This document shows, piece by piece, positions 18,556 to 28,739 of a stretch of DNA of 64,000 nt (position 1 is the stretch's first letter; the number at the start of each line of letters is the position of its first letter). Source of the DNA: a bacterium (GTDB lineage: Bacteria > Electryoneota > RPQS01). Both the position numbers and the translations under genes were made by a program. Below the pieces are notes generated by a model. It was not told where the DNA came from. It saw only the letters and a list, made by a program, of their open reading frames with translations, and did no database searches. Where the stretch lies: the NCBI GenBank assembly GCA_023382385.1, contig JAHDVH010000002.1:136219-200218 (forward strand), written 5' to 3'.

Positions 18556-19416
18556 ATGAGCATGAAACCGCGCAATCTGACCGAACGCATCGTCTTTCAT
18601 TCGATGCTGGGTATTACGTATGCGATCCTGCTGGTCGTCGTGTATATCATTGCGGATGTGGTCGTCGGTGGTATCGGGACTATCTCGTGGGAGTTCCTGA
18701 CCGAAGCACCACGCAAGAGCGGCGAAGAGGGCGGCATCTGGCCGGTGATTGTCGGAACATTGTATCTGGTGATCGGGACGATAGCCTTTGCGCTGCCGCT
18801 TGGCATGGCTGGAGCGATATACCTCAGTGAGTATGCCAAGCAAGGACGATTGTCGCGCATGATCCGACTGTCTATCGTGACGTTAGCGGGTATTCCTTCG
18901 GTTGTTATTGGATTGTTTGGATTAGGCTTGTTTGTGATCTTTCTCGGGTTTGGCGCATCGATTCTTGCGGGCAGCATGACATTGGCCTGCATGATCCTCC
19001 CGACGATTATTGTCGCGAGTGAAGAAGCGCTGCGCTCCGTGCCGCAGTCGTTTCGTGAAGCGAGTCTCGCGCTGGGTGCGACTAAGTGGGAGACCATCCG
19101 CCGCAACGTTTTACCCTATGCGGTGCCGGGCATGATGACGGGGTCGATACTCGGTGTCGGCCGCGCCGCGGGGGAAACCGCACCGATTCTTTTGACTGTC
19201 GCGGCCTTCTTCCTCCCCACTCTTCCGCAGTCTGTGTTTGATCAGTGCATGGCCCTGCCCTATCACCTCTATATTCTGGCTACACAGCTTCCTGATATTG
19301 AGAAAGCCCGGCCCATGCAGTACGGCACGGCGCTTGTGCTGATTGCGGTCGTGCTCGGCTTCAATATGGCTGCAATCGTCATCCGATCCTACTTTCGTCG
19401 CAAGTATCGCTGGTAA
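18556..19416 (+). CDS. pstA: phosphate ABC transporter permease PstA
   Basis: '[25 protein letters not shown]' permease motif; sits in the canonical pstC-pstA-pstB order. Confidence 0.9.
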   Translation: MSMKPRNLTERIVFHSMLGITYAILLVVVYIIADVVVGGIGTISWEFLTEAPRKSGEEGGIWPVIVGTLYLVIGTIAFALPLGMAGAIYLSEYAKQGRLSRMIRLSIVTLAGIPSVVIGLFGLGLFVIFLGFGASILAGSMTLACMILPTIIVASEEALRSVPQSFREASLALGATKWETIRRNVLPYAVPGMMTGSILGVGRAAGETAPILLTVAAFFLPTLPQSVFDQCMALPYHLYILATQLPDIEKARPMQYGTALVLIAVVLGFNMAAIVIRSYFRRKYRW

Positions 19417-19418
19417 AA

Positions 19419-20183
19419 ATGTCCTCACAAGAATTCCATATTGTTGCTAAAGAGCTGAATTTTTATTACGGTTCTACGCAGGCGCTGTTTGATATCTCGA
19501 TTGAGCTCAAACGGAGCAAAGTCACCGCACTAATCGGCCCCTCCGGCTGCGGCAAGTCAACGTTCCTGCGCACGCTGAACCGGATGAATGATATCATTGA
19601 CGGGACGCGGCTGGAAGGCAAGATTCTGGTGGACGGGCTGGATATCTATACGGCATCCTCCAACGTGATTGACCTGCGGCGGAGAGTCGGGATGGTCTTT
19701 CAGAAGTCGAATCCCTTCCCCAAGTCCATTTACGAAAACGTCGCCTACGGCCCGCGCATTCACGGCGAGAAGAATCGCAGGACTCTTGATGACCTTGTGG
19801 AAGCGAGCCTGCGGCGGTCGGGGCTTTGGGAAGAGGTCAAGGACCGCCTTGCGGATAATGCGATGGGACTCTCGGGCGGCCAGCAACAGCGCCTTTGTAT
19901 TGCACGAGCACTTGCGGTGAATCCGGAAGTCCTGCTCATGGACGAGCCGGCTTCGGCACTGGACCCGCGCTCGACGGCGCGAATCGAAGACTTGATTGGA
20001 GAGCTGCGCGGCGATTACACAATTGTCATAGTGACTCATAACATGCAACAGGCCGCGCGCGTCTCGGATGACACCGCCTTTTTCTACGAAGGCCGCTTGA
20101 TCGAAGTCGGCCCGACAAAACAAATCTTCACGAACCCGAGTGAAAAGCAGACAGAAGACTACATTACCGGACGTTTCGGATAA
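19419..20183 (+). CDS. pstB: phosphate ABC transporter ATP-binding protein PstB
   Basis: Walker A 'GPSGCGKST', signature '[15 protein letters not shown]', Walker B '[11 protein letters not shown]'. Confidence 0.95.
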   Translation: MSSQEFHIVAKELNFYYGSTQALFDISIELKRSKVTALIGPSGCGKSTFLRTLNRMNDIIDGTRLEGKILVDGLDIYTASSNVIDLRRRVGMVFQKSNPFPKSIYENVAYGPRIHGEKNRRTLDDLVEASLRRSGLWEEVKDRLADNAMGLSGGQQQRLCIARALAVNPEVLLMDEPASALDPRSTARIEDLIGELRGDYTIVIVTHNMQQAARVSDDTAFFYEGRLIEVGPTKQIFTNPSEKQTEDYITGRFG

Positions 20184-20261
20184 ACCGGACCTACTTGGCG
20201 CACGACGTATACGGGGCGCGGGAACGCCCTCTTTCTCTCACCTGACGGAAGGACCTCAATC

Positions 20262-20924
20262 ATGCCTGTACACCTGAGACGCGACCTTGACCGGCTGAAG
20301 CGCAAGATTCTGTCTTTTGGCGCCGCCGTGGAAGAGAACGCGCAGCTCGCGGTGACAGCCCTGCGGAATTTTGATCCGCAGCTTGCCCAGCGCGTCATCG
20401 AACGCGACGACCAGATTAATCAGGACGAAGTGGACATCGAGGACGAGTGTCTGAAAATCCTCGCGCTGCATCAGCCGGTTGCGATTGACCTACGCTACGT
20501 CATTACGGTCCTGAAAGTCAACAACGATTTGGAGCGCATCTCCGACTTCTCGGTCAACATCGCCAAGCGTGCGCGAACTTTGGCCAGACAGGAACCTGTG
20601 GCCCTGCCCAATGACCTGCTGGTTATCGCGCAGAAGTCTACGACCATGGTGAAGGCAGCGTTGGATGCGTTGGTCGAGCAGGATCCTGCTCGTGCGCGGC
20701 ACGTCTGTGCGTCGGATGACGAGGTGGACGACCTGCAGCGCAAACTGTACGACATCATCGTCCAGGAAATCCGCAATCATCCCGACCACGCCCCGCAATG
20801 GATGCAGGTCTTTTCGACCGTGCGCTATTTCGAGCGCATGGGTGACTTGGCCACGAACATCGCCGAAGACGTCATCTACTTGGTCGAGGGCGAAGTCATT
20901 CGGCATCGCGAGGCCGGAGCATAG
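20262..20924 (+). CDS. phoU: phosphate signalling/transport regulator PhoU
   Basis: Two PhoU repeats ('DQINQDEVDIEDECLKILALHQP', 'DLERISDFSVNIA', 'ERMGDLATNIAEDVIY'). Confidence 0.9.
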   Translation: MPVHLRRDLDRLKRKILSFGAAVEENAQLAVTALRNFDPQLAQRVIERDDQINQDEVDIEDECLKILALHQPVAIDLRYVITVLKVNNDLERISDFSVNIAKRARTLARQEPVALPNDLLVIAQKSTTMVKAALDALVEQDPARARHVCASDDEVDDLQRKLYDIIVQEIRNHPDHAPQWMQVFSTVRYFERMGDLATNIAEDVIYLVEGEVIRHREAGA

Positions 20925-20946
20925 TCCTCGAATTCTTTGAAATGCA

Positions 20947-20976
20947 AAAGCGGCGGCCCCATAGGGCCGCCGCTTT
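20947..20976. terminator. bidirectional intrinsic terminator (phoU / convergent giant gene)
   Basis: 13-bp stem aaagcggcggccc/gggccgccgcttt with loop cata, T-rich 3' flank. Confidence 0.7.
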
Positions 20977-21003
20977 GTTCAGTGAATGTATCGGTCTTGG
21001 CTA

Positions 21004-24000
21004 TTAATTGCCACTGCAATCTGCAGTCACGACGTAGTAGCGATAGCCGTCGAAGCCTGCAGCGCCATCGTAGACAACCGAAGCACCGTTCAGAGCAGGC
21101 ACCGTGTCGTCGAGGATGAACTGCGGATCAAGACCGTCGTCCGGATTTCCATCGTTATTCGGGTTGGTCGAGTACCAGATCTTGTAGTTTGCATCCTGCG
21201 GGGCCGTGAAATGCAGTTGAATGAAGTTCGGGGCATTTCCGGCCGACACCACATACGCGCGGAGGTCGGTCACCGGCAGGCACGGGACCACAGTCACAGG
21301 ACAGGCCACTGTCGGCTGGCACGGAGTACCGTCATCAGACACCGTGAACGCGAACGTTCCCGTACCGCTGCCAAATGCCGTAATCAACAGCTTGTACTCA
21401 GCATTCGCGACCGAACAGAACGACAACTGCGAAGCCAGAGCCGGCGTGGTGCAGAAGTCGTCATCGTTCGCGACACACAGCAAGCTTTCGCAGGTCTCGC
21501 CGCAGAACACGCCGATTTCAGAGTCATAGATGGTCAGCGCGTCACACAGTGCTACCGTCATCGTATTGCCCGTGCCGATGATGTTGTACCAGACACCGCC
21601 GACCGTCGCACCGTACCACGTCGCACACGCGGGCAATCCGGTTTCGGCCGTATAGCCGACATTCGTACCGACATACGTCTGACCAAGCGCCGGGACTAAG
21701 ACAGCGCCGGCACAGGCATCGCTTCCTTGCAAAATCTGCGGGCAGGGATTGGCCTCACAGGTCAAGCCTGCGTCCCACAGTCCACCAAGTGCCGTGCACT
21801 CAATCTGCATCAGGTTCGCGCACGCATCACCGTTGTCATAGCAGCAGCGGCCCACCGGGCAGGGAGCGGCCTCGCAAGTTGTCGTGGATGTCCATTGACC
21901 GGAAAGAGCATTACACTCTAACTGGGTATTGGTCGCACACGCCCCGATACCGTTGTCGAGATAGCAGCAACGACCCACCGGGCAGGGGCTGGTTGCGCAG
22001 GAGGCAGCATCATTCCACTGACCACCGAGTGCGGAACATTCGGCAGCCATGTTGTCCGTACAAGCAGCTACTCCGTTAAGCAGATAGCAGCAGCGGCCCT
22101 CCGGTGCGCAATCAACATAGTTTACGCAAGGGACACTATCGCGGATGGCAAGTTCGTACGGGCCGCCCGTACCGGAGCCGTAGCCGTCCACCATGACGTA
22201 GTATTCTCGGCCAAGTTCTGAGCAGAACCACTCTACCGACCTTGTTGAACTGACAGTGCATCCTGCGGTAAACGCATCGTCATTACCGCCCACACAGGTG
22301 AAGTTCTGACAATCGCTACTACATGTAACAAGGAGTTGCGAATCGAACGTCGTGTAGGAATTACAAAGCGACACAACAATAATGTTCCCGGTTCCGACTA
22401 CCTTGTACCATTTGTCGGGAGCGGTGTTCGATCCCAGATAATCATCGCCGTTAAAATTGGACTCACAGTCAAAGTTCGGATCGTTGTCCGTGCCTCCCAC
22501 CAACGTGCCGCGGACAGTTGCCGGCACCGGCAGCAGTGGTGCTTCCGCGCAGGTATTGCCGCCGTCAATGAACAGCGGGCAGGGGCTGGCTTCGCAGGTC
22601 GTCGTGCCGTCCCAAACGCCGCCGAGGACAGAGCAGTCGTAGGCACCGTTGTTCGCACAGCTATTCCCGCCGTCATAACAGCAACGGCCGATGGCGGTGC
22701 ACGGCGAAGTGGTCAGCGTATAGGCATCGCAACCCGTCGAACGGTCCACCATGATGTAATAGGTTCCGGCTGCCAACGGCACACACGACAACGTCACGGT
22801 GTCCTGAGAGATGTTTGCAAACCGAATACAGTTAAAGCTGTCCGGCGGACAGGACGTCGAAACCACGAGACCGCGAGTCGTTGTGGTCGAGGCAATCAAC
22901 TGAATATTCCACGCACCGTTCGTCGACGTCGTCCAGCGATAGATATAATCCTCGCTGGCATCGGCGGTGCCCAAGCAGGTGTTGGCCCAGTCGTTGATTG
23001 CGCCGCACGTCGTGCCGGCATCCACAAAGGCATCGGCCTGCGCTTCATCGTAACAGTCGCGCACCTGCACGGTCACGCGAAGAGTGTCGTTGGTCCGGTC
23101 CTGATCCGTTGCCAAATCCGTGTACATCAAAAGTTCATAGTCGCCGACAGATGCCGGAGCAGTTTCGGTTCCGGCAAAGTCGTGATCTTCACTCTGATTC
23201 AAGGCGAGCACGGCCGTATTCTCCGAAACCACCGGACCGCCGTTAAAACGATACTTGACCGGAGCGGATTGCGCATTGTTTCCAATGTTGCGGAACTGAC
23301 CCACGATGTTCATCACTTGGCTCGGACTGACCCGCAGCGGACTCGGTGACACCACGCTCACGGTCCGGAAATCGTTGTTGTTGAACAACTGATAGAACCA
23401 CACCGCGCGGCCGTCCAGGTTGTTCGTGTAAGCGGAATCGGCTGCCGTGCTGCAATAGTAGTTCAGTTGGTCAAGTCCGGCGGCAGAAGTATTCTGAATA
23501 CCGATTGTCGGCGAAATTCCGTTCGCGCTCGTGCCGGAGATCTTCTGGATTTGACGATACTGCAGCTTGATCCTGCCGTCGTTCCAGAGTTGAAGCTGAT
23601 AGTCGAGCAAATCGGTGCCGTTAGTGCAGCACGTGCCGACCGAGTCCCACGTAATCGTTACGTGGTCGGCGTATTGCTGATAGACTACGCGGCCGCCATC
23701 TGAGCTGGCGCCGGTGCTGGTATTTCCGTCGTCGAAGTACGGCATAATCGCAGCGACCGTGATTCCCGATGCGGGGCAGCCGTTGGACCACGAAGTGTTG
23801 GAGGCAGAAAGGCCAAACACACCGTTGGTGGAGGCCCAACCGGATGTGTAATTGGTTCCGAAGAAGTTGAAGGTAAATCCAAACGGCACACTTGCGGACG
23901 CATCGTCCGAGCTGGAAATTGCCGTCAACTCGATCGGAGCGTTCGGCTCTTCCCATGCGTAGGTCGCGGTGTCACCGCCGAGATTGTCCACCCAGCGGTA

Positions 24001-24606
24001 GCCGTAGACGTTCGGTCCGCCCTGGGCGTCCAGCGGCGTACGACCGTCGCGCGATCCTTCGATCTCAGCCAGAAACTCGCTGGCCACCAGTTCTTCCTTT
24101 TCCGAAGGAGTAAGTTGCTCTCCGGTCTGCATCCTTGCATAGAGCGACGCATGGCGCGCTTCCGGACCGCTGCTCTGGCTGACCAATGCGATGTAAGCAG
24201 GATCGTCTTTGCCTTTCAACAACCCGCTTTGCAGCAATTCGAGCCGCTCACGGTCAGACAGGAGACTGCCGTCGTTGTGCCGCTCGAGCAGCCGCTCATA
24301 ATACGCGGGGTCGGTCGAAGCACGCTCCTGCTCTTCAGCCAAGGCCCGGAACTTGCCTTCGTCTGCGCCATTGCTGAAAGCCGGCGCGGCTTCGCCAAGC
24401 TCGGCCAGCTCGGCAACCACTGCGGCGCGCTTGGCGAGCAGTTCATCGTTGCTCACGTCTTGGATGAGCATCGCATCAATCTCAGCAAGCGCAGTGCGCG
24501 CAGCCTCAATGCGGGACATTTTTCTTGCCGACTCGGTAGCGGTCGCGAAATACGCCGCACCCAGCAGCACGCTGGACATCACAATCAAGGATAGCCACTT
24601 CTTCAT
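21004..24606 (-). CDS. giant secreted protein (paralog A): conserved ~215-aa N-proximal domain, PPC (pre-peptidase C-terminal)-like beta-sandwich domains and four ~38-aa six-Cys 'GRCCY' modules
   Basis: Signal peptide 'MKKWLSLIVMSSVLLGAAYF'. PPC-like 'YYIMVDRSTGCDAYTLTTS' and 'YYVMVDGYGSGTGGPYELAIRD'. Repeats such as 'GRCCYLDNGIGACATNTQLECNALSGQWTSTTTCEAAPCP'. Confidence 0.8.
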   Translation of the reverse strand: MKKWLSLIVMSSVLLGAAYFATATESARKMSRIEAARTALAEIDAMLIQDVSNDELLAKRAAVVAELAELGEAAPAFSNGADEGKFRALAEEQERASTDPAYYERLLERHNDGSLLSDRERLELLQSGLLKGKDDPAYIALVSQSSGPEARHASLYARMQTGEQLTPSEKEELVASEFLAEIEGSRDGRTPLDAQGGPNVYGYRWVDNLGGDTATYAWEEPNAPIELTAISSSDDASASVPFGFTFNFFGTNYTSGWASTNGVFGLSASNTSWSNGCPASGITVAAIMPYFDDGNTSTGASSDGGRVVYQQYADHVTITWDSVGTCCTNGTDLLDYQLQLWNDGRIKLQYRQIQKISGTSANGISPTIGIQNTSAAGLDQLNYYCSTAADSAYTNNLDGRAVWFYQLFNNNDFRTVSVVSPSPLRVSPSQVMNIVGQFRNIGNNAQSAPVKYRFNGGPVVSENTAVLALNQSEDHDFAGTETAPASVGDYELLMYTDLATDQDRTNDTLRVTVQVRDCYDEAQADAFVDAGTTCGAINDWANTCLGTADASEDYIYRWTTSTNGAWNIQLIASTTTTRGLVVSTSCPPDSFNCIRFANISQDTVTLSCVPLAAGTYYIMVDRSTGCDAYTLTTSPCTAIGRCCYDGGNSCANNGAYDCSVLGGVWDGTTTCEASPCPLFIDGGNTCAEAPLLPVPATVRGTLVGGTDNDPNFDCESNFNGDDYLGSNTAPDKWYKVVGTGNIIVVSLCNSYTTFDSQLLVTCSSDCQNFTCVGGNDDAFTAGCTVSSTRSVEWFCSELGREYYVMVDGYGSGTGGPYELAIRDSVPCVNYVDCAPEGRCCYLLNGVAACTDNMAAECSALGGQWNDAASCATSPCPVGRCCYLDNGIGACATNTQLECNALSGQWTSTTTCEAAPCPVGRCCYDNGDACANLMQIECTALGGLWDAGLTCEANPCPQILQGSDACAGAVLVPALGQTYVGTNVGYTAETGLPACATWYGATVGGVWYNIIGTGNTMTVALCDALTIYDSEIGVFCGETCESLLCVANDDDFCTTPALASQLSFCSVANAEYKLLITAFGSGTGTFAFTVSDDGTPCQPTVACPVTVVPCLPVTDLRAYVVSAGNAPNFIQLHFTAPQDANYKIWYSTNPNNDGNPDDGLDPQFILDDTVPALNGASVVYDGAAGFDGYRYYVVTADCSGN
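23385..24055. repeat. paralogous DNA block, copy 1 (411 bp 100% identical, ~470 bp >=99%) shared with 27566..28235
   Basis: Direct base-by-base comparison: 23624..24034 is identical to 27804..28214. The flanks fall to ~85-90% identity and then diverge. Confidence 0.9.
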
Positions 24607-24881
24607 ACAATCACCTCAGGCGGTTTGGGTTTTTGACCCGGGACGGAACAACAAAAAGGGTCTGATGGACAGACTGGAAATTTCAGGTAGCAGATCTTAG
24701 GCGGGACATTCTAATCTACAAATCTAATGCAAAACTTGCCGGATTACAAGAGCTTTGGCGGGGCCGCAAAATTTCTCTTCCCGTTTCAGGCCCGCACAAT
24801 GTTCAAGCGGCCCGCGCATAACTGCACGGGCCGCTTGAGTTTACATTTCAACGGCCATTTCTGACCGAGGTGTCGGAGAGG

Positions 24882-27800
24882 TTACTGTGTCACAGTCAGG
24901 ACAAAGTCACCCGTCTGGCCGCCGAAGCCGCTGACGCGGATGTAATACTGCGTGCCATTGGTGGGCGTCGCCACGGTTCCGATCGTGTACAAGCCGTTGA
25001 TTGGGCAAGCCGAATCGTCGATACAGAACACTTCGGTTCCGCCGCATGATCCGTCGTAGCAACCCATCTTCGTGTCGTAGTTTGTGCCGTTATCGCACAG
25101 CGACATCGTAATCGGATTCGTGGACGTTGACGTATAGACGTACCACACATCAGGCACCGTGAAGATGCAGGAGGTCGGCTCTGCGCTGAACGTCGCACCA
25201 ACGGTCGTTCCGGAAACCGGCGTGTTGTTAAACACTTGGATTGCGTTGGCACATTCGTCATTCGGTCCCGCCACAGGGCACGGATTGGCAGCGCACGTTT
25301 GGAACTCGTTCCAAACGCCACCGAGCGCGGTGCATTCCGTCTGGAAGTTATCCACACAGTTCAAACCGCCGTTGTAGCAGCAGCGGCCAGTCGGCAGCGG
25401 CGGCGGACACGGATTCACTGCGCAGCTCTGGAACGGTCCGCCCCAGGTGCCGCCGAGTTCGGCGCAATCAGCCTGAGTCAGGTCGTCGCAGTTGTTGTTG
25501 TTGTTGTAGCAGCAACGGCCAACCGGTTCAGTGAACGGCGTGCAACCGGCCGTCACGACGAAGTAACGGTAGTTGTCGAAGCCCGGCGAAGCCTGATAAA
25601 CCACCGGACCAGCCGTGACGCCCAACAGGACGGTTTCAATCACGAAGTTGGGATCAGATCCGTCGTCCGGATTTCCGTCGTTGTTCGGGTTGTTCGAGTA
25701 CCAGATGGTGTAGTCTTCATCCTGCGGAGCCGTGAAATACAGCTTGTAGTTGTTCGGCAGGTTGCCGGCGGATTCCACCAGAATCGTCAGGTCGGTCACC
25801 GGATCGCACGGAGCTTCCTGACACGGACCGAAGTCGTAGATTGTCACGTTGTAGACACCACTGTTGCCGCTGGAGTAGTGACCGGCACGGATGTAATATG
25901 TGCCCGGGTTGAACAGACCGGCAACCATCGAACCGAATCCGGCAACCGGACGGAACAACGGATCGAGCCACGGAATCAGGTCGAGATCGGGGTTGCATCC
26001 CCAGTCATCGTTGCAATAGAGCGCCGTGCCGCAACAGGCATTGCTGACCGACAGATGCGGGTCGCAGAACGTGCTGTTGTCACCGAGGATCGCAATCCTG
26101 CGGCACTCGGTCAGCGTGAAGTAGTAGAACTGATCCGGGCCGGTGGAGTTCGGGAAGCCCGGACAATCATCCGCGCAAGCCAGTCCAACACAGGTCGGCG
26201 TCGCTGACGGGTTGCCGGCGGCGGCAGAGGCGCTGCCCATCGGCGGCACGACCATCAAGGTCGCCGTCGCGCAGTCGTCGTTGGTCGGCGGCGGCGGCGG
26301 GCACGGGCTGCCTGCGCAGGTCAGACCCTGCGTCCAGTTGCCACCCAGGGCGGTACATTCGGTCAACGTGTTGTCAATACAGCTTGAGTTGTTGTCATAG
26401 CAGCAGCGTCCCTGCGGCTCGCCGGCCGGCGTGCAGGTCAGCGTCAGCTTATAAAGCGACGGCGTCGGCAGACCAGTAAAGTTCCCATACGAACCGAACG
26501 CGACATAGCTTCCCGGTGCGAGCTGCAGCGCCGAAACGGACTGCGGTCCGGCTGCGCAGCTGGTAATGAAGGCGTTCGTGATGAAGAATGCCGAAGCGCA
26601 AGGATCGTGATCCACAATACCGAAGAGCAGGTTATCGAAGGACGACTGAGCCGTCAAGGTCACATCGCTGAACTCGGTAATCGTGAACAGGAACCAGTCC
26701 GTGTCACGGTAGCCGGTCGCATCACAGGTAAACGTCTGGGCACAGACCGTCTGACCGCACGCGATAGCGCCATAGAGCGGAGTCGCGAGGTTGCAACCGC
26801 CGTTGATGTCGCTCGTACCATTGGTGGCGCAGTAGTTCGGGAAGTCATCGGGTTCAATGACGTCATTTCCACCGCACGTCAGCGCGCAGAGATTCACGCA
26901 CGGCTCCGCCGCGCAGGACGTGCCGGCAGTCCAGACTCCGTTCAAGGCTGAGCAAGCCGCCGGAGAGTTGTCTGCGCATGCGGCACCATTGTTGTAGCAG
27001 CAGCGGCCGATTTCCGGAGTCGAGATGGACAGCGTGTACAGACCACTGCTTCCGCCGTAACCGTCTACCACGAAGTAGTACGTGTTGCCGGCAACAAGGT
27101 TAAGTCCCAGCAGCTGCGAAACAAATGGACTGGCATAGTTAGGTGCCGTGCAAGCGTCGTCGTTGCAGGCAAACGGAGTTCCCGGAGTTACCGCGTTCTC
27201 GTAAACATACATCTTGGTGTCATAGGCCGTCTGGCCTCCGCACAGCGTCGCATCGACCACCTGATTCGCACCCGGAGTATAGGCATACACCACATCCGGC
27301 GAGGTCGAACCGGTGAAGGGACAAACTTCGTCGTAGTTGTTCGTGAAGCCGACCGTCGTGCCGTTAGCCGAGTAAGGCAGCGAGGGGATGACAAAAGCAT
27401 TGCAGACGAGATCGCCAGCCACTGCTGTCGGGCACGGCGTTGCACAGGTGATATCAGCGGTAAATGTCCCGCCGAGTGCGGCACAATCAGTGATAAAGAC
27501 ACCGTCTACACAATTCGGTGCGCACGGGTTGGGGCCGTAGCAGCAGCGACCAGGAGTTGCTCCTCCCAAATAGAACCACACGGCGCGGCCGTCGAGGTTG
27601 TTCGTATAGGCCGTATCACCAGCCGTGTTACAATAGTAGTTCAGCTGGTCAAGTCCGGCGACAGAAGTATTCTGAATCCCGATCGTCGGCGAACTGCCGT
27701 TGGAACTCGTGCCGGTGATTCTCTGGATTTGACGATACTGCAGCTTGATCTTGCCGTTGTTCCAGATTTGAAGCTGATAGTCGAGCAAGTCGGTGCCGTT

Positions 27801-28661
27801 GGTGCAGCACGTGCCGACCGAGTCCCACGTAATCGTTACGTGGTCGGCGTATTGCTGATAGACTACGCGGCCGCCATCTGAGCTGGCGCCGGTGCTGGTA
27901 TTTCCGTCGTCGAAGTACGGCATAATCGCAGCGACCGTGATTCCCGATGCGGGGCAGCCGTTGGACCACGAAGTGTTGGAGGCAGAAAGGCCAAACACAC
28001 CGTTGGTGGAGGCCCAACCGGATGTGTAATTGGTTCCGAAGAAGTTGAAGGTAAATCCAAACGGCACACTTGCGGACGCATCGTCCGAGCTGGAAATTGC
28101 CGTCAACTCGATCGGAGCGTTCGGCTCTTCCCATGCGTAGGTCGCGGTGTCACCGCCGAGATTGTCCACCCAGCGGTAGCCGTAGACGTTCGGGCCGCCC
28201 TGGGCGTCCAGCGGGTTGCTTTCACGGCCGTTGGGGAACAGCATCGCTTCGAGGCGCTCGAACTCCGCCTTCTCAGTCGGCGTCAGTTGATAACCATCAT
28301 TCAGACGGTCGAGCAACGCGTGATACTGCACCTTTTCGGGCGCCACACCCAGCTCTTCCGCAGTTGCGGGAGCGACGTAGCCGGCCGGAGCTTCAGCAGA
28401 AACCGAAGGTCCGTCCATGCGCTGAACCTGCGCCGGAGCCTTGACCTCATTCATGCTGCTCAAAGATTGAATCTTTGCGTCAATTTCGTCAAAGCGCCCT
28501 TGCTGGGCGAGTTCTCGCTTGGCCTGAGCCAGTGATCTCTGTGCCTGCGGACTCAAACGCTTCGCGCTGTCGCTTTGGGTCGCGTAAGAATAGAACGCGA
28601 GCGAGCCACAACACAATAGCACGGCACACACATACCATAGCCATTTCTTGTTCATCTTCAC
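24882..28661 (-). CDS. giant secreted protein (paralog B) with the same architecture: at least six GRCCY six-Cys modules plus PPC-like domains
   Basis: Signal peptide 'MKMNKKWLWYVCAVLLCCGSLAF'. The N-proximal domain is ~95% identical to paralog A. 'GRCCYDNNSSCIDNTLTECTALGGNWTQGLTCAGSPCP' and related modules; C-terminal PPC-like 'YYIRVSGFGGQTGDFVLTVTQ'. Confidence 0.8.
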   Translation of the reverse strand: MKMNKKWLWYVCAVLLCCGSLAFYSYATQSDSAKRLSPQAQRSLAQAKRELAQQGRFDEIDAKIQSLSSMNEVKAPAQVQRMDGPSVSAEAPAGYVAPATAEELGVAPEKVQYHALLDRLNDGYQLTPTEKAEFERLEAMLFPNGRESNPLDAQGGPNVYGYRWVDNLGGDTATYAWEEPNAPIELTAISSSDDASASVPFGFTFNFFGTNYTSGWASTNGVFGLSASNTSWSNGCPASGITVAAIMPYFDDGNTSTGASSDGGRVVYQQYADHVTITWDSVGTCCTNGTDLLDYQLQIWNNGKIKLQYRQIQRITGTSSNGSSPTIGIQNTSVAGLDQLNYYCNTAGDTAYTNNLDGRAVWFYLGGATPGRCCYGPNPCAPNCVDGVFITDCAALGGTFTADITCATPCPTAVAGDLVCNAFVIPSLPYSANGTTVGFTNNYDEVCPFTGSTSPDVVYAYTPGANQVVDATLCGGQTAYDTKMYVYENAVTPGTPFACNDDACTAPNYASPFVSQLLGLNLVAGNTYYFVVDGYGGSSGLYTLSISTPEIGRCCYNNGAACADNSPAACSALNGVWTAGTSCAAEPCVNLCALTCGGNDVIEPDDFPNYCATNGTSDINGGCNLATPLYGAIACGQTVCAQTFTCDATGYRDTDWFLFTITEFSDVTLTAQSSFDNLLFGIVDHDPCASAFFITNAFITSCAAGPQSVSALQLAPGSYVAFGSYGNFTGLPTPSLYKLTLTCTPAGEPQGRCCYDNNSSCIDNTLTECTALGGNWTQGLTCAGSPCPPPPPTNDDCATATLMVVPPMGSASAAAGNPSATPTCVGLACADDCPGFPNSTGPDQFYYFTLTECRRIAILGDNSTFCDPHLSVSNACCGTALYCNDDWGCNPDLDLIPWLDPLFRPVAGFGSMVAGLFNPGTYYIRAGHYSSGNSGVYNVTIYDFGPCQEAPCDPVTDLTILVESAGNLPNNYKLYFTAPQDEDYTIWYSNNPNNDGNPDDGSDPNFVIETVLLGVTAGPVVYQASPGFDNYRYFVVTAGCTPFTEPVGRCCYNNNNNCDDLTQADCAELGGTWGGPFQSCAVNPCPPPLPTGRCCYNGGLNCVDNFQTECTALGGVWNEFQTCAANPCPVAGPNDECANAIQVFNNTPVSGTTVGATFSAEPTSCIFTVPDVWYVYTSTSTNPITMSLCDNGTNYDTKMGCYDGSCGGTEVFCIDDSACPINGLYTIGTVATPTNGTQYYIRVSGFGGQTGDFVLTVTQ
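27566..28235. repeat. paralogous DNA block, copy 2 (partner of 23385..24055)
   Basis: See copy 1. Identical spurious antisense ORFs (23621..23956 and 27649..28134) confirm the identity. Confidence 0.9.
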
Positions 28662-28739
28662 TCCTTCATGTTTTGGGGGGTCAGATGTCTTAACCCCGTC
28701 TACGGATGGACAAAACCTGCACGCCTGACGGCGAACCGT

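Noticed and set aside
22336-23349. 337-aa + strand ORF and similar long ORFs (20986..21699, 25236..26207, 12882..13361, 19557..20123, 42267..43160, 47083..48036, 49752..50720, 52403..53158)
   Set aside because: All lie antisense or out of frame inside genes with strong family signatures and are Arg/Ala/Gly-rich. They are high-GC artefacts, not genes.
24607-24881. Terminator for paralog B
   Set aside because: The hairpin at 24804..24837 lacks a U-tract on the minus strand. It is reported only as a hairpin or possible REP-like element, not as a confident terminator.
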